A stretch of 57,120 nt of DNA from Saccostrea cucullata. Taxonomy: Eukaryota. Numbering within the stretch: position 1 is the first letter of the stretch; each line of letters starts with the position of its first letter. The notes beneath the pieces were generated by a model. That model had not been told where the DNA came from. It ran no database searches and saw nothing but the letters and a program-made list of their open reading frames with translations. Below, one piece after another: positions 26,054-38,231 of this stretch. Both the position numbers and the translations under genes were made by a program. The DNA is taken from contig NW_026940607.1 of the NCBI RefSeq assembly GCF_032062105.1, positions 62,001 through 119,120 on the forward strand, in the 5' to 3' direction.

Positions 26054-26780
26054 GCGCCAGGCGCCCTCTCTAGACCCCTATAGTACATAGATGTATCAGA
26101 GAATAGGCTTGGATTTGGCGCCCTGGCGCCCAGAAACGGTGTAAATTGGGTCCCTTTTGAGACCGGAAATCAACAGGGGCGCCTTCGAGCCCCAGTATCT
26201 CGGGCTCCCCTAAGTGGCACAATTCCTAGTTTGGGCGCCAGGCGCCCTCTCTAGACCCCTATAGTACATAGATGTATCAGAGAATAGGCTTGGATTTGGC
26301 GCCCTGGCGCCCAGAAACGGTGTAAATTGGGTCCCTTTTGAGACCGGAAATCAACAGGGGCGCCTTCGAGCCCCAGTATCTCGGGCTCCCCTAAGTGGCA
26401 CAATTCCTAGTTTGGGCGCCAGGCGCCCTCTCTAGACCCCTATAGTACATAGATGTATCAGAGAATAGGCTTGGATTTGGCGCCCTGGCGCCCAGAAACG
26501 GTGTAAATTGGGTCCCTTTCGAGACCGGAAATCAACAGGGCGCCTTCGAGCCCCAGTATCTCGGGCTCCCCTAAGTGGCACAATTCCTAGTTTGGGCGCC
26601 AGGCGCCCTCTCTAGACCCCTATAGTACATAGATGTATCAGAGAATAGGCTTGGATTTGGCGCCCTGGCGCCCAGAAACGGTGTAAATTGGGTCCCTTTT
26701 GAGACCGGAAATCAACAGGGGCGCCTTCGAGCCCCAGTATCTCGGGCTCCCCTAAGTGGCACAATTCCTAGTTTGGGCGC
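26054..26780 (-). repeat. Four near-identical 181-bp units (right subterminal array, inverted relative to 4630-7485)
   Basis: aattcctag at 26221, 26402, 26582, 26763. Only one substitution and one 1-bp deletion seen (unit 3). Confidence 0.97.
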
Positions 26781-27520
26781 TATGCTTTAATTAATTAATC
26801 ATAGATATTGCGTCGGGTTCGATAAACACATTTTTCTAGTCGATAAACTTAAAATTTATAAATATTTCGTTATTGGCCGCTAGCTTGACTTAGGTGATTT
26901 CGAATTGTCAAAAATGTGTGGTGTAAGATGACAAAGAACATGCTATTTAATCATGTTTTAGTAATCAAAAGAGCAGTTGTTCTCTAATTATATAAGTATA
27001 ATCAATAGAAAGCGAAATCTTACTGGCAAATGTTAAATCTCACGGACAAATCTGATCAAATATACTGAGAGGCGATGATAAGGGTAAACAGGTCTGAATT
27101 TTCCATAGTTCCATAAAATATTTTGAAATGTCTTGCTGCGAATGCTTTGGATTTCTTACCGTGATATTTAATGGGTTTTTTTCAGTTTTTGTTTCGATTC
27201 CAAGATAATGCGCCTTGATTTCAGCCACACTCAAGACTTGAAAAAGAGGAAAAAATTTGTAATTTTGTTAACTTATCTACTCCAAACGTTGATACATTGA
27301 AGACTTATGGTGAATAATTACTGAAGACTGTTAACTGAAATTCTCTTCTCGGTAGTATAATTGGCGCATTTTAGCGGGGGATATTTTACCAGTGATTATT
27401 TTAACGGTACCTGTAATCCTTGTCGGAATGCAATATGCGGAGTATGACGTTATAAATGTTTTTCATGGGGGACCAGCCTTTTTGCGATAAGCGGGGTGGC
27501 ATTATTACGGGAGACCACTA

Positions 27521-28000
27521 TAGTTGACGTTGTCTACCAGGAATAAGCACTCGTTTCTAATGAAAGTTTTACAACTATACTGTCTTATCCTTGTTTCAGT
27601 TCATCCAAATGCTTCTCAAATGTCCTTAAAAAAAATTTCTGGTCGTCTAAATATATAAAAAATATCGACAAGTGAAGATCGCCTAAGCACTTTTCTTCAA
27701 GACGCTGGAAAGTCCATGGTTCACTGGCAAGAGAAAAAACTCATTTTATTTAATTCATATAAACATAATAACACTTCCGTGAAGGCTATTCTTTTCTTAT
27801 GCGTCTCTTCTATCTCTATCTAATGGTATCCTGGCTTCATGTCTAATACGGTAAAGTGTTTGTCGACAGATAATAAGTCCAAAAAAAACCCTCATCAATT
27901 CGAAGAAGTGCGATCCTTGATGGATTTGGTATAAAATTGACAGTTATCAATGCAAAGCCTTCACTTTCCAACATTTATTTTTAATCTGCTCTACTCGACT
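27521..28000 (-). pseudogene. pol: Decayed Gypsy reverse transcriptase, 5' part (continues at 2858)
   Basis: Minus-strand translation: GK*RLCIDN, ALLRIDE, HFTVLDMKPGYH*IEIEETHKKRIAFT, TFQRLEEKCLGDLHLSIFFIYLDD, TFEKHLDEL, ECLFLVDNVNY. Confidence 0.85.
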
Positions 28001-28043
28001 TCTATGTTTGAATTGAAAATTACAGGTCCTTCGCATAAGACGT

Positions 28044-28312
28044 CGCCCGCGTGGAGCAGTATTAAGAGCGTCTGCTCTAGAGACGCGAAGTAAGGAGTTT
28101 ATCCTTACGGCGCGGGTTCGAATTCCACTGTGGGACGTGGAAACCGGTCCCTTTAAAACGAGGTCTCTTGTCGCAGTTTGTTCTGGCACGTAAAAAGATC
28201 CCTCCCTGCTCAATACCAATGAATACCTATCATAAAACAAAATTTGCAGCTCTCCACCGGCAAGTGTTGGTGTCTCCAAATGACTGAATTCTCGAGAGGG
28301 ATGTCAAATAAT
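28044..28312 (+). mobile_element. tRNA-derived SINE
   Basis: A-box-like gtggagcagt, B box ggttcgaattcc. Body and 3' end (aattctcgagagggatgtcaaa) are shared with the other SINEs here. Confidence 0.85.
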
Positions 28313-29677
28313 GTAACGTGGATTTTTTGTCGTTTAACGTGCGTTAACTTTTCAATCATGTAGAAACATATTGCGATTACGAACAGAATTCAAGATCAAA
28401 AGATTACATTACATTTGTCTTGTTCATCAAGATTCAGTTGCGCGGAAACTTAAGCTTATTAATATTACCGCAGATTTTTAGTACTGAAACTTTAAATTAA
28501 AATTTTTAATCACTTTAAATGCGTTTACAAATAATATATTGGACAACACGATGTTAAAAAAATAATCTCACGCTTTAATCAAAGCTGCTTGTAAAAATGA
28601 AGGATGACAAAATGGATAAAGATCCTGAATTCGTTGACATCCTAAACAGATTTAGACAAGGAGAGGTTGGTGATTTTTACAGAACGAACAAAACCATTAA
28701 ATTGATTCGATACAAACACTATAATTTACGCCGACACGAGGAAGGGAAACGGGGACGAAAAATACACACAAATTACTATAGACTAACTAGGTCTAGCTGG
28801 AGGTAGGTCTTATTAATTGACAATGTTTGTAGAACCTTAACAAGTATGTTTGAAGTGCATATGACATTTCTTTCGTACAAAAGACGTTGAAAATTAATGA
28901 AAACCGTTTTTTTAACTCTGAGGTATCTTTTATCTCAAGCCCACAGGATATATCTTATCGACATAAGAATGGCAAAACTATAAAGACGAACAACTAGATA
29001 GTGTTTGAATAAATGAACTCGGTAGCGCTTGTTAAAAAATACTTGATAAATATTGCAGAAAGTAGAGTTTATGCCATAATATTGACAATGTATCAACTTT
29101 CAGGACAGAGAATATAACGAATGAATAAATTAAAGGTACTTGGACACAGATTTGAAGTTAAAATTTTCTCTATAATATTACGACTTATATATTTTAATAG
29201 CATTTCACGAAAAAATTTATTAAAAATCTTATTTCATCTAAAAGCTATTAAAACTTTAAATTTTTAGAAGGGTTTGATTGACATATCCTTGCACTTTCAC
29301 AAACTTTAACTTTATTCTTAATCATTAGGAAACGTGGCAGTCTTGTTGTGTATTAATGAAAAATATTATTCCAATAGTCCAGAAAATTCATAGTGGACAT
29401 GTTCGAAAGTAAAACAAACACACAATATATTGTCAGTCCGTGCAGTGTGGTGAGCAGACTTTGGCGATTAAACGCACCCGGTGAACCAAAACACTAAACA
29501 ATAACAGAGCTTTTGCTCTGTTTACAAAAACTGTGTACATAACACAAGTGTGCTCGATTTGCTGAACTCCGTACACAACGGAATGACGATACTTGTGAAG
29601 GAGTTTTGCTTTCTAACATTTCTACTCTGAATAAAATTATTTTTCTGGATTTAAATGTAATGTTTCTCATTAATACA

Positions 29678-29814
29678 TGTCATGCATCTATAATTTACTA
29701 ATTGACATTTTATATTCCGGATTTCTATGTTCTGATTTATGATCATGTTTGGTTCTAAAAATAAAAATATAGTTTTTCCGGTTTACAAATGGCTGCTTAC
29801 ATGTGAACACGACA
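29678..29814 (+). repeat. 5' LTR
   Basis: tgtcatgcatct...gaacacgaca, matches 33978-34114; contains aataaa. Confidence 0.95.
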
Positions 29815-29830
29815 TGGTGTCAGAAAGTGG
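29815..29830 (+). promoter_or_regulatory. Primer binding site, tRNA-Leu type
   Basis: tggtgtcagaaagtgg directly after the 5' LTR; resembles the TGGTGTCAGAAGTGG Leu PBS common in Mag-like elements. Confidence 0.8.
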
Positions 29831-29908
29831 CTGAAATCATATGTTTAGAGCGTCATCACAACTCGCGAAGTTTGCATTCCTCGACTTAATAACTCGAGTA
29901 AGAGAAAT

Positions 29909-30919
29909 ATGGAGTCTCTCATTGGCGCTACCCCGAAAATCGACTGGGAAAGTGGTGATCTTCCTGGAACATGCAAAAAATTCAAAGCTCACACAGAATT
30001 TATGTTCAACGGACCGTTGAAAGAAAAATCCGAGGAAGAAAAATGTAACTACCTCATGATCTGGGTAGGCGAAAAAGGTAGGGATGTCTACAGTACCTGG
30101 CACATTACAAATGATGAGAAAAAGAAACTAGAGACATATTACACGAAATTTCAGGCCTACTTTCAGCCGAAAAGTAACAAAGTGTTCTCAAGATACAAAT
30201 TTCAGTGTAGAACTCAGCAAGAAAATGAGACATGTGAAGAATTCGTTACAAGTCTAAAAGTTCTAGCGAAAGACTGTGGTTACACGAATCCAGATGAAAT
30301 GATAAGAGACAGAGTAGTTTTTGGTGTACGTTCAGCCAAAATAAGAGAAAAGTTGATCACAACAGGAAGTGACCTGACGTTAGCACAGGCTATAGACATT
30401 GCGAATTTATATGAACTTTCGAGAGCTCAACTCAAAACAATGAATGAAGAACCTAAAGTTAATACCGTAGGTAATGTGACAAGTGAAGTGAACCGTATCA
30501 CAGCGAAACAGTCGTTCAAAGAAGAACAATCAGACAATCCAAATTGCAGACAGTGTGGACATAGGAAGCACAAGCATGGTGAAAAGTGTCCAGCGATAGG
30601 CAAAGTCTGTTCAGGATGTGGAAAGAGAAACCATTTTGAACGTGTTTGTGAATCTAGTGCAACATATAACCGCACACGAGGTTGTCATTATGCTCATAGA
30701 GGAAAACCAGCGCAGCGAGGAAAATTCCATGGAAAGCGTCCAGGAAAATTTAAGAGTCGCTCAGTGAACATGCTGGATGAATCCGACGAGAATGACTCGG
30801 ACTGTCAAGATTCATTTTTCCTAGGAATGATTGACACTGGACATGTTGATGTCAACACCATAGACAATTGGATGACAACTTTACAGTTGAACAACATAAT
30901 GGCCAAACTCATGCAGTAG
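29909..30919 (+). CDS. gag: Gag with two CCHC zinc knuckles; runs into the deleted protease and terminates out of frame
   Basis: ORF 336 aa with MIRDRVVFG, CRQCGHRKHKHGEKC, CSGCGKRNHFERVC. Confidence 0.88.
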   Translation: MESLIGATPKIDWESGDLPGTCKKFKAHTEFMFNGPLKEKSEEEKCNYLMIWVGEKGRDVYSTWHITNDEKKKLETYYTKFQAYFQPKSNKVFSRYKFQCRTQQENETCEEFVTSLKVLAKDCGYTNPDEMIRDRVVFGVRSAKIREKLITTGSDLTLAQAIDIANLYELSRAQLKTMNEEPKVNTVGNVTSEVNRITAKQSFKEEQSDNPNCRQCGHRKHKHGEKCPAIGKVCSGCGKRNHFERVCESSATYNRTRGCHYAHRGKPAQRGKFHGKRPGKFKSRSVNMLDESDENDSDCQDSFFLGMIDTGHVDVNTIDNWMTTLQLNNIMAKLMQ

Positions 30920-33786
30920 AGTTTTACGTTGTCAACAGAAACGCACCAAACATTCTCAGAGCTGAGACTTGTTGTAAACTTGACTTGCTGAGATGTATGA
31001 ATTCTATTTCCTGCAAGCTAGGATCTAATGAGGACAAACATCAGTCATCTGGAAAAGACATTTTGAGTGAACCTCAATATGCAGAGCTATTTGAAGGGTT
31101 AGGATGCTTACTTGGACAGTAATCGATAAAGACTGATCCGTCAATCACACCTACCATTCATCCACCACGCAAGATACCCATCTCATTAAAAGACAAAGTT
31201 CATCAAGAATTACAGAGAATGGAACAGTTGGGAGTCATTGAACGACAGACGGAACCAACTCCGTGGGTGAACAGCATGACTGGTGTGAATAAAGGATCCA
31301 AAATCCGAATATTTATTGATCCCAGGGATCTCAACAATGCAATACAACGTGAACATTTTCTGTTACGAACTGTTGAGGATGTCATTGAGAATATGTCACA
31401 GGCCAAATATTTCACTAAATTAGATGCCGTTAGTGGATTCTGGCAAATCCAGCTAGACGAAGCTAGCTCGAGACTTTGTACATTCAACACACCATTCGGG
31501 CGATACCGATTCAAGCGTATGCCATTTGGTATAAAGTCTGCGTCCGAAGTATTCCAGAAAATCATGTCACACATGTTGGAGGACATTACTGGTGCAGAGG
31601 TCATCATTGATGATATTTTGGTTTGGGGATCATCGATTGAAGAACATGACCAGAGATTACGCCAAGTTTTACAGCGTGCAAAAGAGTACCACTTAAAGCT
31701 CAGTAGGCAGAAATGTGAAGTGCGTAAAACCGAAGTGAAATATGTAGGACAAGTACTCACCCAAAATGGAGTGAAACCTGATCCAGAAAAAGTGAGAGCT
31801 ATTGTGATGATGCAGAAACCAGAAAATCGACAGGAACTACTTACCTTTTTAGGACTAGTTCAGTACTTTGGAAAGTTTCTTCCAAGACTATCTGATGTAA
31901 GTGCATCACTACGCAAATTGACTGAAACTTCGTCAGGCTGTGAATGGAATTGGACAAAGGAACAAGATATCAGTTTTGAGACAATCAAGGCCATGATTAC
32001 CAAAGCTCCGATCTTAGCATACTACAACCCAGGACTACCGCTAACACTCTCAGTGGATGCAAGTCCAAGTTCAAGAGGACTTGGTGCGACCATCTTACAA
32101 CAAGGTAGACCCATTGCATATGCGTCAAGAGCACTGACAGCGTCTCAAAGAAATTACGCGCAGATAGAGAAAGAGGCATTAGCAGTTGTCTTCGGATGTC
32201 AAAAGTTTCATCAGTACATCTATGGTAGATCAGTAACTGTAGAGTCCGACCATAAACCATTACAGTCTATTTTTCAGAAACCGCTCTTAGCAGCACCTTT
32301 GCGTTTACAAAGACTACTTCTAGCCGTTCAGAAATACGACTTAAAGATTGAGTACAAACCTGGCAAACTTATGTTTGTTGCTGATGCTTTGAGTCGACAC
32401 TATCTTGATGAAACCAGAGAAGAGTTGATACCTGAAGTTGATGTCAACAATATCACGCTCAACAGACACTTACCGATGTCACCTGATCGTTACAAGGAAT
32501 TTCAACAAGAAACTTCTCAGGATCAAACATTACAACAACTACTCAATACAGTACTGTTAGGATGGCCCAACAGTAAACAGAGCTTACCATCAAACCTTCT
32601 TCCATACTGGACATTTCGGGATGAAATATCACACATGGATGGACTACTGTTCAAAGGCAGTAAACTTATCATTCCAAAATCGATGCAGCAGAAAATGTTA
32701 GACTTGGTTCATGAATCTCATCTGGGTATCGTGAAGTGCAAGAGTAGAGCACGGGAGTCTATGTATTGGCCGGGCATGGCAGCGCAAATAGAGGATAAAG
32801 TATCCCAATGTATAACTTGTGCTGAAGTTCAGAATTGCAATCCAAAGGAACCAATGATATGCACAGAGTTACCAGATCGTCCATTGTCCAAGATAGCATC
32901 TGACATTTTCGTATACAAGCAGAACCATTACCTACTCACTGTAGATTACTACTCGAAATGGCCAGAGATAATCATCTTAAAAGACCTTTCATCACTACAA
33001 GTCATCAACTCGCTTAAAAGCATGTATTCCAAGTACGGTATTCCTGATGAGTTAGTATCAGACAATGGTCCTCAGTATGCGAGCAAGGAGTTCAAAGATT
33101 TTACCAAAGAGTATGGATTTATACACACAACATCTAGTCCATTGTATCCTAAATCTAATGGACAGGCGGAGAGAATGGTGCAGACAGTCAAGCGGCTTCT
33201 CAAGAAAAACACAGACCCTTACAAAGCGTTGATGGATTATCGCAACACAGAAATCCAAGGACTAGGGCAGTCACCCTCACAGATGTTTCTAGGACGTCGT
33301 CTGAAAACAAACTTACCTATTGCAGCAGATCTACTTCGTCCTTAGGACAACAACATGCAGATGAAACTACAAGCCAGACAGTTGCAGTACAAGAAATTTT
33401 ATGATCGCACAGGAACTAAGAGTCTTCCGAATTTGGACACAGGAGATAACGTTATGCTACAAGATGGCAAAACATGGAGACACGCGACCGTGGAATCCAA
33501 ACTACCACTACCAAAATCCTTTATCGTATCGTGTGATGGGAAAAAGTACCGTCGAAACCGCTGTATGCTGAAAAAGACAAATTCTGTAAAACCCACACAG
33601 GAATTCAGTGAGGATTTCGATTTCCAGATTCCAGAGAGTAGTGCTGAAGAACATGTTCCGCTAAAGCCGTCTTCAGAGTCTCGCGAGTGCGCAAAACAAA
33701 CTCCTGATGAAACCGTCAAAACCAGATCAGGACGTACTGTGAAAGTTCCATCCAAATTTGCAGACTATGTTATGCAACCAGTTTAA
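30868..33786 (+). pseudogene. pol: Pol (protease remnant, RT, RNase H, integrase) with in-frame stops at 31120-31122 and 33343-33345
   Basis: Three ORFs in one frame; LDAVSGFWQ, RMPFGI, IIDD, DAS..GLGA, YAQIEKE, DHKPL, HESH..CITC, SDNGPQ, SNGQAER. Confidence 0.93.
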
Positions 33787-33964
33787 ATGTAGTTTCATGT
33801 AAAATATCATGCATGTACATGTATATAAGTTTAATACCATTCAAAAGATTTTGTAAACTTTAAAGTTCAGTTCAGTCTTTACATGATTTCAATTTCAATA
33901 CTCATTGACTGTTTAATGATTGCTTTGAAACTGATTAATATTTAATTGATGTGATTATTGATTT

Positions 33965-33977
33965 AAAAAAGGGAGGA
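33965..33977 (+). promoter_or_regulatory. Polypurine tract
   Basis: aaaaaagggagga immediately before the 3' LTR. Confidence 0.85.
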
Positions 33978-34114
33978 TGTCATGTATCTATAATTTACTA
34001 ATTGACATTTTATATTCCGGATTTCTATGTTCTGATTTATGATCATGTTTGGTTCTAAAAATAAAAATATAGTTTTTCCGGTTTGCAAATGGCTGCTTAC
34101 ATGTGAACACGACA
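33978..34114 (+). repeat. 3' LTR
   Basis: 135/137 identical to the 5' LTR by eye. Confidence 0.95.
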
Positions 34115-36440
34115 ATACACAACAAGATTGCCACTTTTCCTAAGGATTAAGGTAGCTAAGGACACCTGACCCCAAAAAAACCTGTCAATAGATTTTGTTG
34201 AAATTTTCACAAGGTGTAAAGGGATGTGTAATGAACACTTAGTCGAAATATGAACATGGCATTGTGGGTAAATTACGGAACCAGGGGGTAATGAGTTACC
34301 TCCCCTTTCCAGTCACTCCAAAAATTATAATACAAGATAATTATTACCCATAAAAAATTTATTGTGCAATATGCATTCAATATTTAAAATTATTTTTAAA
34401 CAATATTGATACTATTAACTTATTTTAACAATGGATTGTCTGAACATATATAAATTAAGAGAATAATCCATGTAGAACATTCGAAATTCGACTAATTTGG
34501 CCATTTTCATGCACACAAAATTGACACTTTTTAAATTCTAAAAAAAAATCTGTCCAATAGAATTTTTATTTTTTATCATTATATGAAAGATCTAAGGTCT
34601 AATACTATTCTTCACTCAAAAAATCTTGGTCTCATTGAGGGCTAATAAAGGTACCAGATGGTCCACAACTACCCCCCCCCCCCCCCTCTTTTGGTTTCCC
34701 GTCGTAAAGGTAAGAATAATGATTAAAGTGGAAATTCAAAAAAATGCATAGCAAATTAGGGAAAAAAAACTGAAGAAATAAATCAGAAGTAAAAATCAAT
34801 TGCTAATAAATGACTAAAGAAAATATTTTTATGAAATAATAGTACATGTAGAGTAATAACTTGAAGAGTTACCTCCCCTCTCCCCTCACAATAAAACATG
34901 TAATTAAATCAATATTGAAATTATCCATATAAAGTTCCTCAACAAAATTAAAATATGAATTTATATTTCAACAATAGATACTTGAACAAAAATGTAATTA
35001 AAAAAACACATTTAAAAATTCTTCAACATGATCCCTTTTGATTACTTTCATGCAAACAAATTCTATGTTTTCTTATAGATTTCTAAAAAATATATTGTAT
35101 GACAAAAATGTCCAATACTATTTCTCACTCAGAAATCTCGGCTGCATTAATAGGTAATCAACTATTAAGTTACAGAATGGTCTAATACACCCCCCTCCTT
35201 TTATGCATCTGATATTGTTTTCATTGCAATGTCAAAAATCCCCCTAATTATTAACATGTCAAATGCATTCTACTTTGTCCGAAAATACATTTTTGGTCAT
35301 ACAGAATAAAGAAATCCATCTGACATAGCACTGCAAAATTCACAAATTTCTATTTCATAGAATAATAAGAATATCATTGAAAAAATATGATCAGTACTCT
35401 TTCAAACTGATCAAAAGTCATTTTATTCCATGAGCAGGTAGGATAATAACATTTAATAGGCCATTCCAAGTCTTTTTTCTGTCTGGCATCCAATCGCACC
35501 TTAGTTTTTGACACCTACATGTATCAGACAATCAAACAAAATCAGAACCCCTACACTTACACTTGATTATTTTTGTTGAAATCTTTGAGTTCTGTCAATT
35601 TCTCAAATATGTACAATAAATACCGTATGTCATAGGTGGTGTACTTTAGGCATTTATTATTTTGATTTTGCCAAAGAATAGATATTTCTACCAGAAAAGC
35701 AGATTGATAAAAAATAAAATCCTCAGATTTACACTATTATTACAACTATAGACATGATACACGTACATTCTGTGTTTTATTTTTTGGTTCATATTTTCTT
35801 TTACAAATAGGTACATGTAGGTAGGTTTTTGATTGAAGGTTGGACGCTAAACAGAGAAAAAAAATTAAAATGGGCTTAGTCTAAAACCGTCCTTGACCTG
35901 AGACATAAAATTACATAAACTATACTTAAAAATTAAAAACAAAATGACAATGCTGCAAATGGACATAACACTTGATGCAGGACATTTTATATAAAAAGTA
36001 AAAAAAAAAAAGATTCTACATGCATGAATATCTGGAGCAGCTTATTAAAAAGCCTGAAAAACACTCACAGTGTAGATTATGCATAATAGAGAATATCTGT
36101 TGATTGGCCTATTACTGAACCCGACATCACAAGTCGACATTAAATTATGCATACATTTTTTTTTAAAAAAGAATAATCTACACTCTACAGCAGTGTAATA
36201 CTGCAGCTGACATATACAATACATAACATAGTACATTAAACATGAAAGGCTGCATGTGGAGTGATCTATTACCACACCAGACATAAAACAGGGTAGATTA
36301 GATATGAAAAATGGAAGAAAAAAAAATCTATATATGTGGAGTGATTAGTTTCCACTTTGAATGTAACACTCAATCAAGAGATACATGTACCCGGTAATAT
36401 AAAGCTGACAAAGAAAAGTAGTCTATTGACTATACATGTA

Positions 36441-38231
36441 TTATTTATTTTCAACAAGCGATTCTTGTCCTGCTCTTTTTTGGAAGGGATGGAAAATCAT
36501 TCTTCCGTCGAGCTGCAGTAGTTGAATCATCATCAGCATGAATGGTCTGGACTTCACATTCATATACCTTGTACTCTGTACTGATGAATCTATCTGTAAT
36601 TTATAAAATTTAACAAATACAATATTATCTGCGGTCAACATCAAAATATATTTCCCACGATGTCTATATCTTATGTATAGAATTTCGGTGAAAAAACATG
36701 TATATGTAACAGGAAAAGAGAAAATGTATGGATGGCCCGGGAATCAGACCTGAGACCCCTGCATCACTAGTCATGTGCTATATCGACTGAGCTACCCTGG
36801 ACAATATATATCCATGGCCCAAACCATTACATATCACATACATGTATATATAACTTGCAAAAGTTTACACCTCATACATGTAAATTGCCAATTTTCTACA
36901 CTTATTAAATTTGGCATAGCAAAATTTAAATGATGACTTAACCATTATCACTATTATGCTGACATCAAGATCCCCTGGTCTGCTATGGTGGTTCTATACC
37001 AGAAAGTACCATCTTGATGGCTGAAAAAAATAGATCAAATAAATATACATGTATACCAGCAAAACCTAAATTTAATTATATTAGTTGATTGGCAAATCAC
37101 TTTTTAACCAGTAAATCTAACATTAAATTAAAATGCCCCACTGCCTGGCCAATATTCTAGCTATACAGCAGCAGTAATATAAAGATTTGTCAATTTCATC
37201 AGACCAGCAAACAACATGTAAACAGTTTCAATGTTTACCACACTGACACAGTTTTTACCAGTGAAGAAAAACAAAAATAATCTGTCCAGGGTTCGACACT
37301 AAGGGTAGTCCGCTGGCCCGCGACAACTGAATATTGAGTTTGGACTACTAAACATGCCTTTAAACTTGCCCTGCAGGGCTACTGTAAATTTTACCAAACT
37401 GAAACACTCACTCAGAGCAACAAAAATAATTATACTTTACACAAAATTTACCTGATTATTGATAAATTAATTTAATTTTCAAACATGTTTTATCCTCAAA
37501 ATTATTTTTGTAAGTCAAAATGTAAATACTTTAAAGGTGAATCGAAATACCCTAAAAGATTATAAATGTGGAATTTTTTGAATAGAAAAATATCTTAGGC
37601 ACAATCTGACAAAAATTAGGCCCCCAGTGATCTTGGAAATAAAAATAAATTATCTGTCCTTCACTGTAAATACATAATCTGACACCCATAAAATTTGCCC
37701 CCCCCCCTTCCCATCAAATGAATGACAGTCCCTTATTACATTCTCTGAATTTACTAATACTAGGGTGAAGTTTAATGCTGAATTAAAATAGGCCTATTAA
37801 TATTATTATGAAAGTATGTCATGTAAATATCTATAAATATGACTTACCAAGAGCTACTTTTGAGTTGATATCAACAGTGATCATAAGCCTCTCCATCGTA
37901 TTCCTTTCGGGGCCGGGATTTCCCGTGGAAAGTGTCGATAAATCCATAAATAGTACAGTACTATCAGACCCATTTACATATAGGCCTAATGTATTGATAC
38001 AATAAAGTACCGAGTCACAATCGCTTTCAAAGTTTTTGGAAAAGATACAAACGATTGCCTTTATCGCTGTGACTGAGAGCATATAAACTGATTTGTCAAG
38101 TTCCTCATCTCAACAAATCTTCGTCCCTCTTTCGATTTCATCCATGTCATATCATGATTGAGATTCAAACCAGCTGCGTCGTCTGCTTTGGAATAGGGGG
38201 TGCTAGTTGGTCGTTTGCGATACACAGACAT
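36441..38231 (-). pseudogene. Kolobok transposase remnant (spliced exon fragments)
   Basis: Exon 38231-37848 MSVYRK..EGRRFVEM..DINSKVAL|gtaagt. Exon ~37020-36944 *QTRGS*CQHNSDN(G), like WQxRGSGxxYNS. Segment ~36595-36445 VQTIHADDDSTT...QDKNRLLK. Same motif order as the transposase at 41820. Confidence 0.7.
36731..36802 (-). mobile_element. tRNA(Thr)-like SINE head / tRNA pseudogene
   Basis: gtagctcagtcgatatagcacatgactagtgatgcaggggtctcaggtctgattcccggg has an A box, a degenerate B box and ctagt in the anticodon position; stems are broken. Confidence 0.5.

Larger units (their letters stand above)
4502..26895. mobile_element. 22.4-kb foldback/MULE-like element with modular TIRs (unique ~130-bp outer domain plus ~182-bp tandem arrays)
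   Basis: Left end actaaagtcaagct...gcggccaataac...gtttatcgact...gtgtttatcgaacccga...taattaattaaag is the reverse complement of 26781-26895. Direct repeat gatttcgaa at 4493-4501 and 26896-26904 (9-bp TSD; ggtgatttcgaa if extended to 12). Arrays are in inverted orientation. Confidence 0.85.
2859..27520. mobile_element. Non-autonomous pogo/Tc1-mariner-like element (about 2 kb of own sequence) expanded by nested insertions
   Basis: TIRs cggtgatatcccgttataatgcc (2859-2881) and ggcattattacgggagaccacta (27498-27520). TA on the right, degenerate CA on the left. Subterminal (g)gtattataacgggg-like repeats. Removing it rejoins the Gypsy RT. Confidence 0.7.
29678..34114 (+). mobile_element. Full-length but defective Gypsy/Ty3 (Mag-like) LTR retrotransposon, 4437 bp
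   Basis: 137-bp TG..CA LTRs with 2 mismatches, 5-bp TSD ATACA (29673-29677, 34115-34119), PBS, PPT, gag-pol with RT-RH-INT order. Confidence 0.97.

Noticed and set aside
30900-30925. Programmed gag-pol frameshift
   Set aside because: No slippery heptamer, and the frame change coincides with loss of the protease active site, so a deletion explains it better.
31203-33755. Antisense ORFs over pol (and over the hAT transposase)
   Set aside because: Shadow ORFs of the coding strand with no independent motifs.
36731-36802. Functional tRNA gene (also SINE heads at 4138, 28044, 45696)
   Set aside because: Cloverleaf stems or B box are degenerate, and three of the four heads are attached to SINE bodies.
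37287-37390. hAT-like left end cagggttcga (and pogo-like start at ~21660)
   Set aside because: No partner TIR or TSD located.
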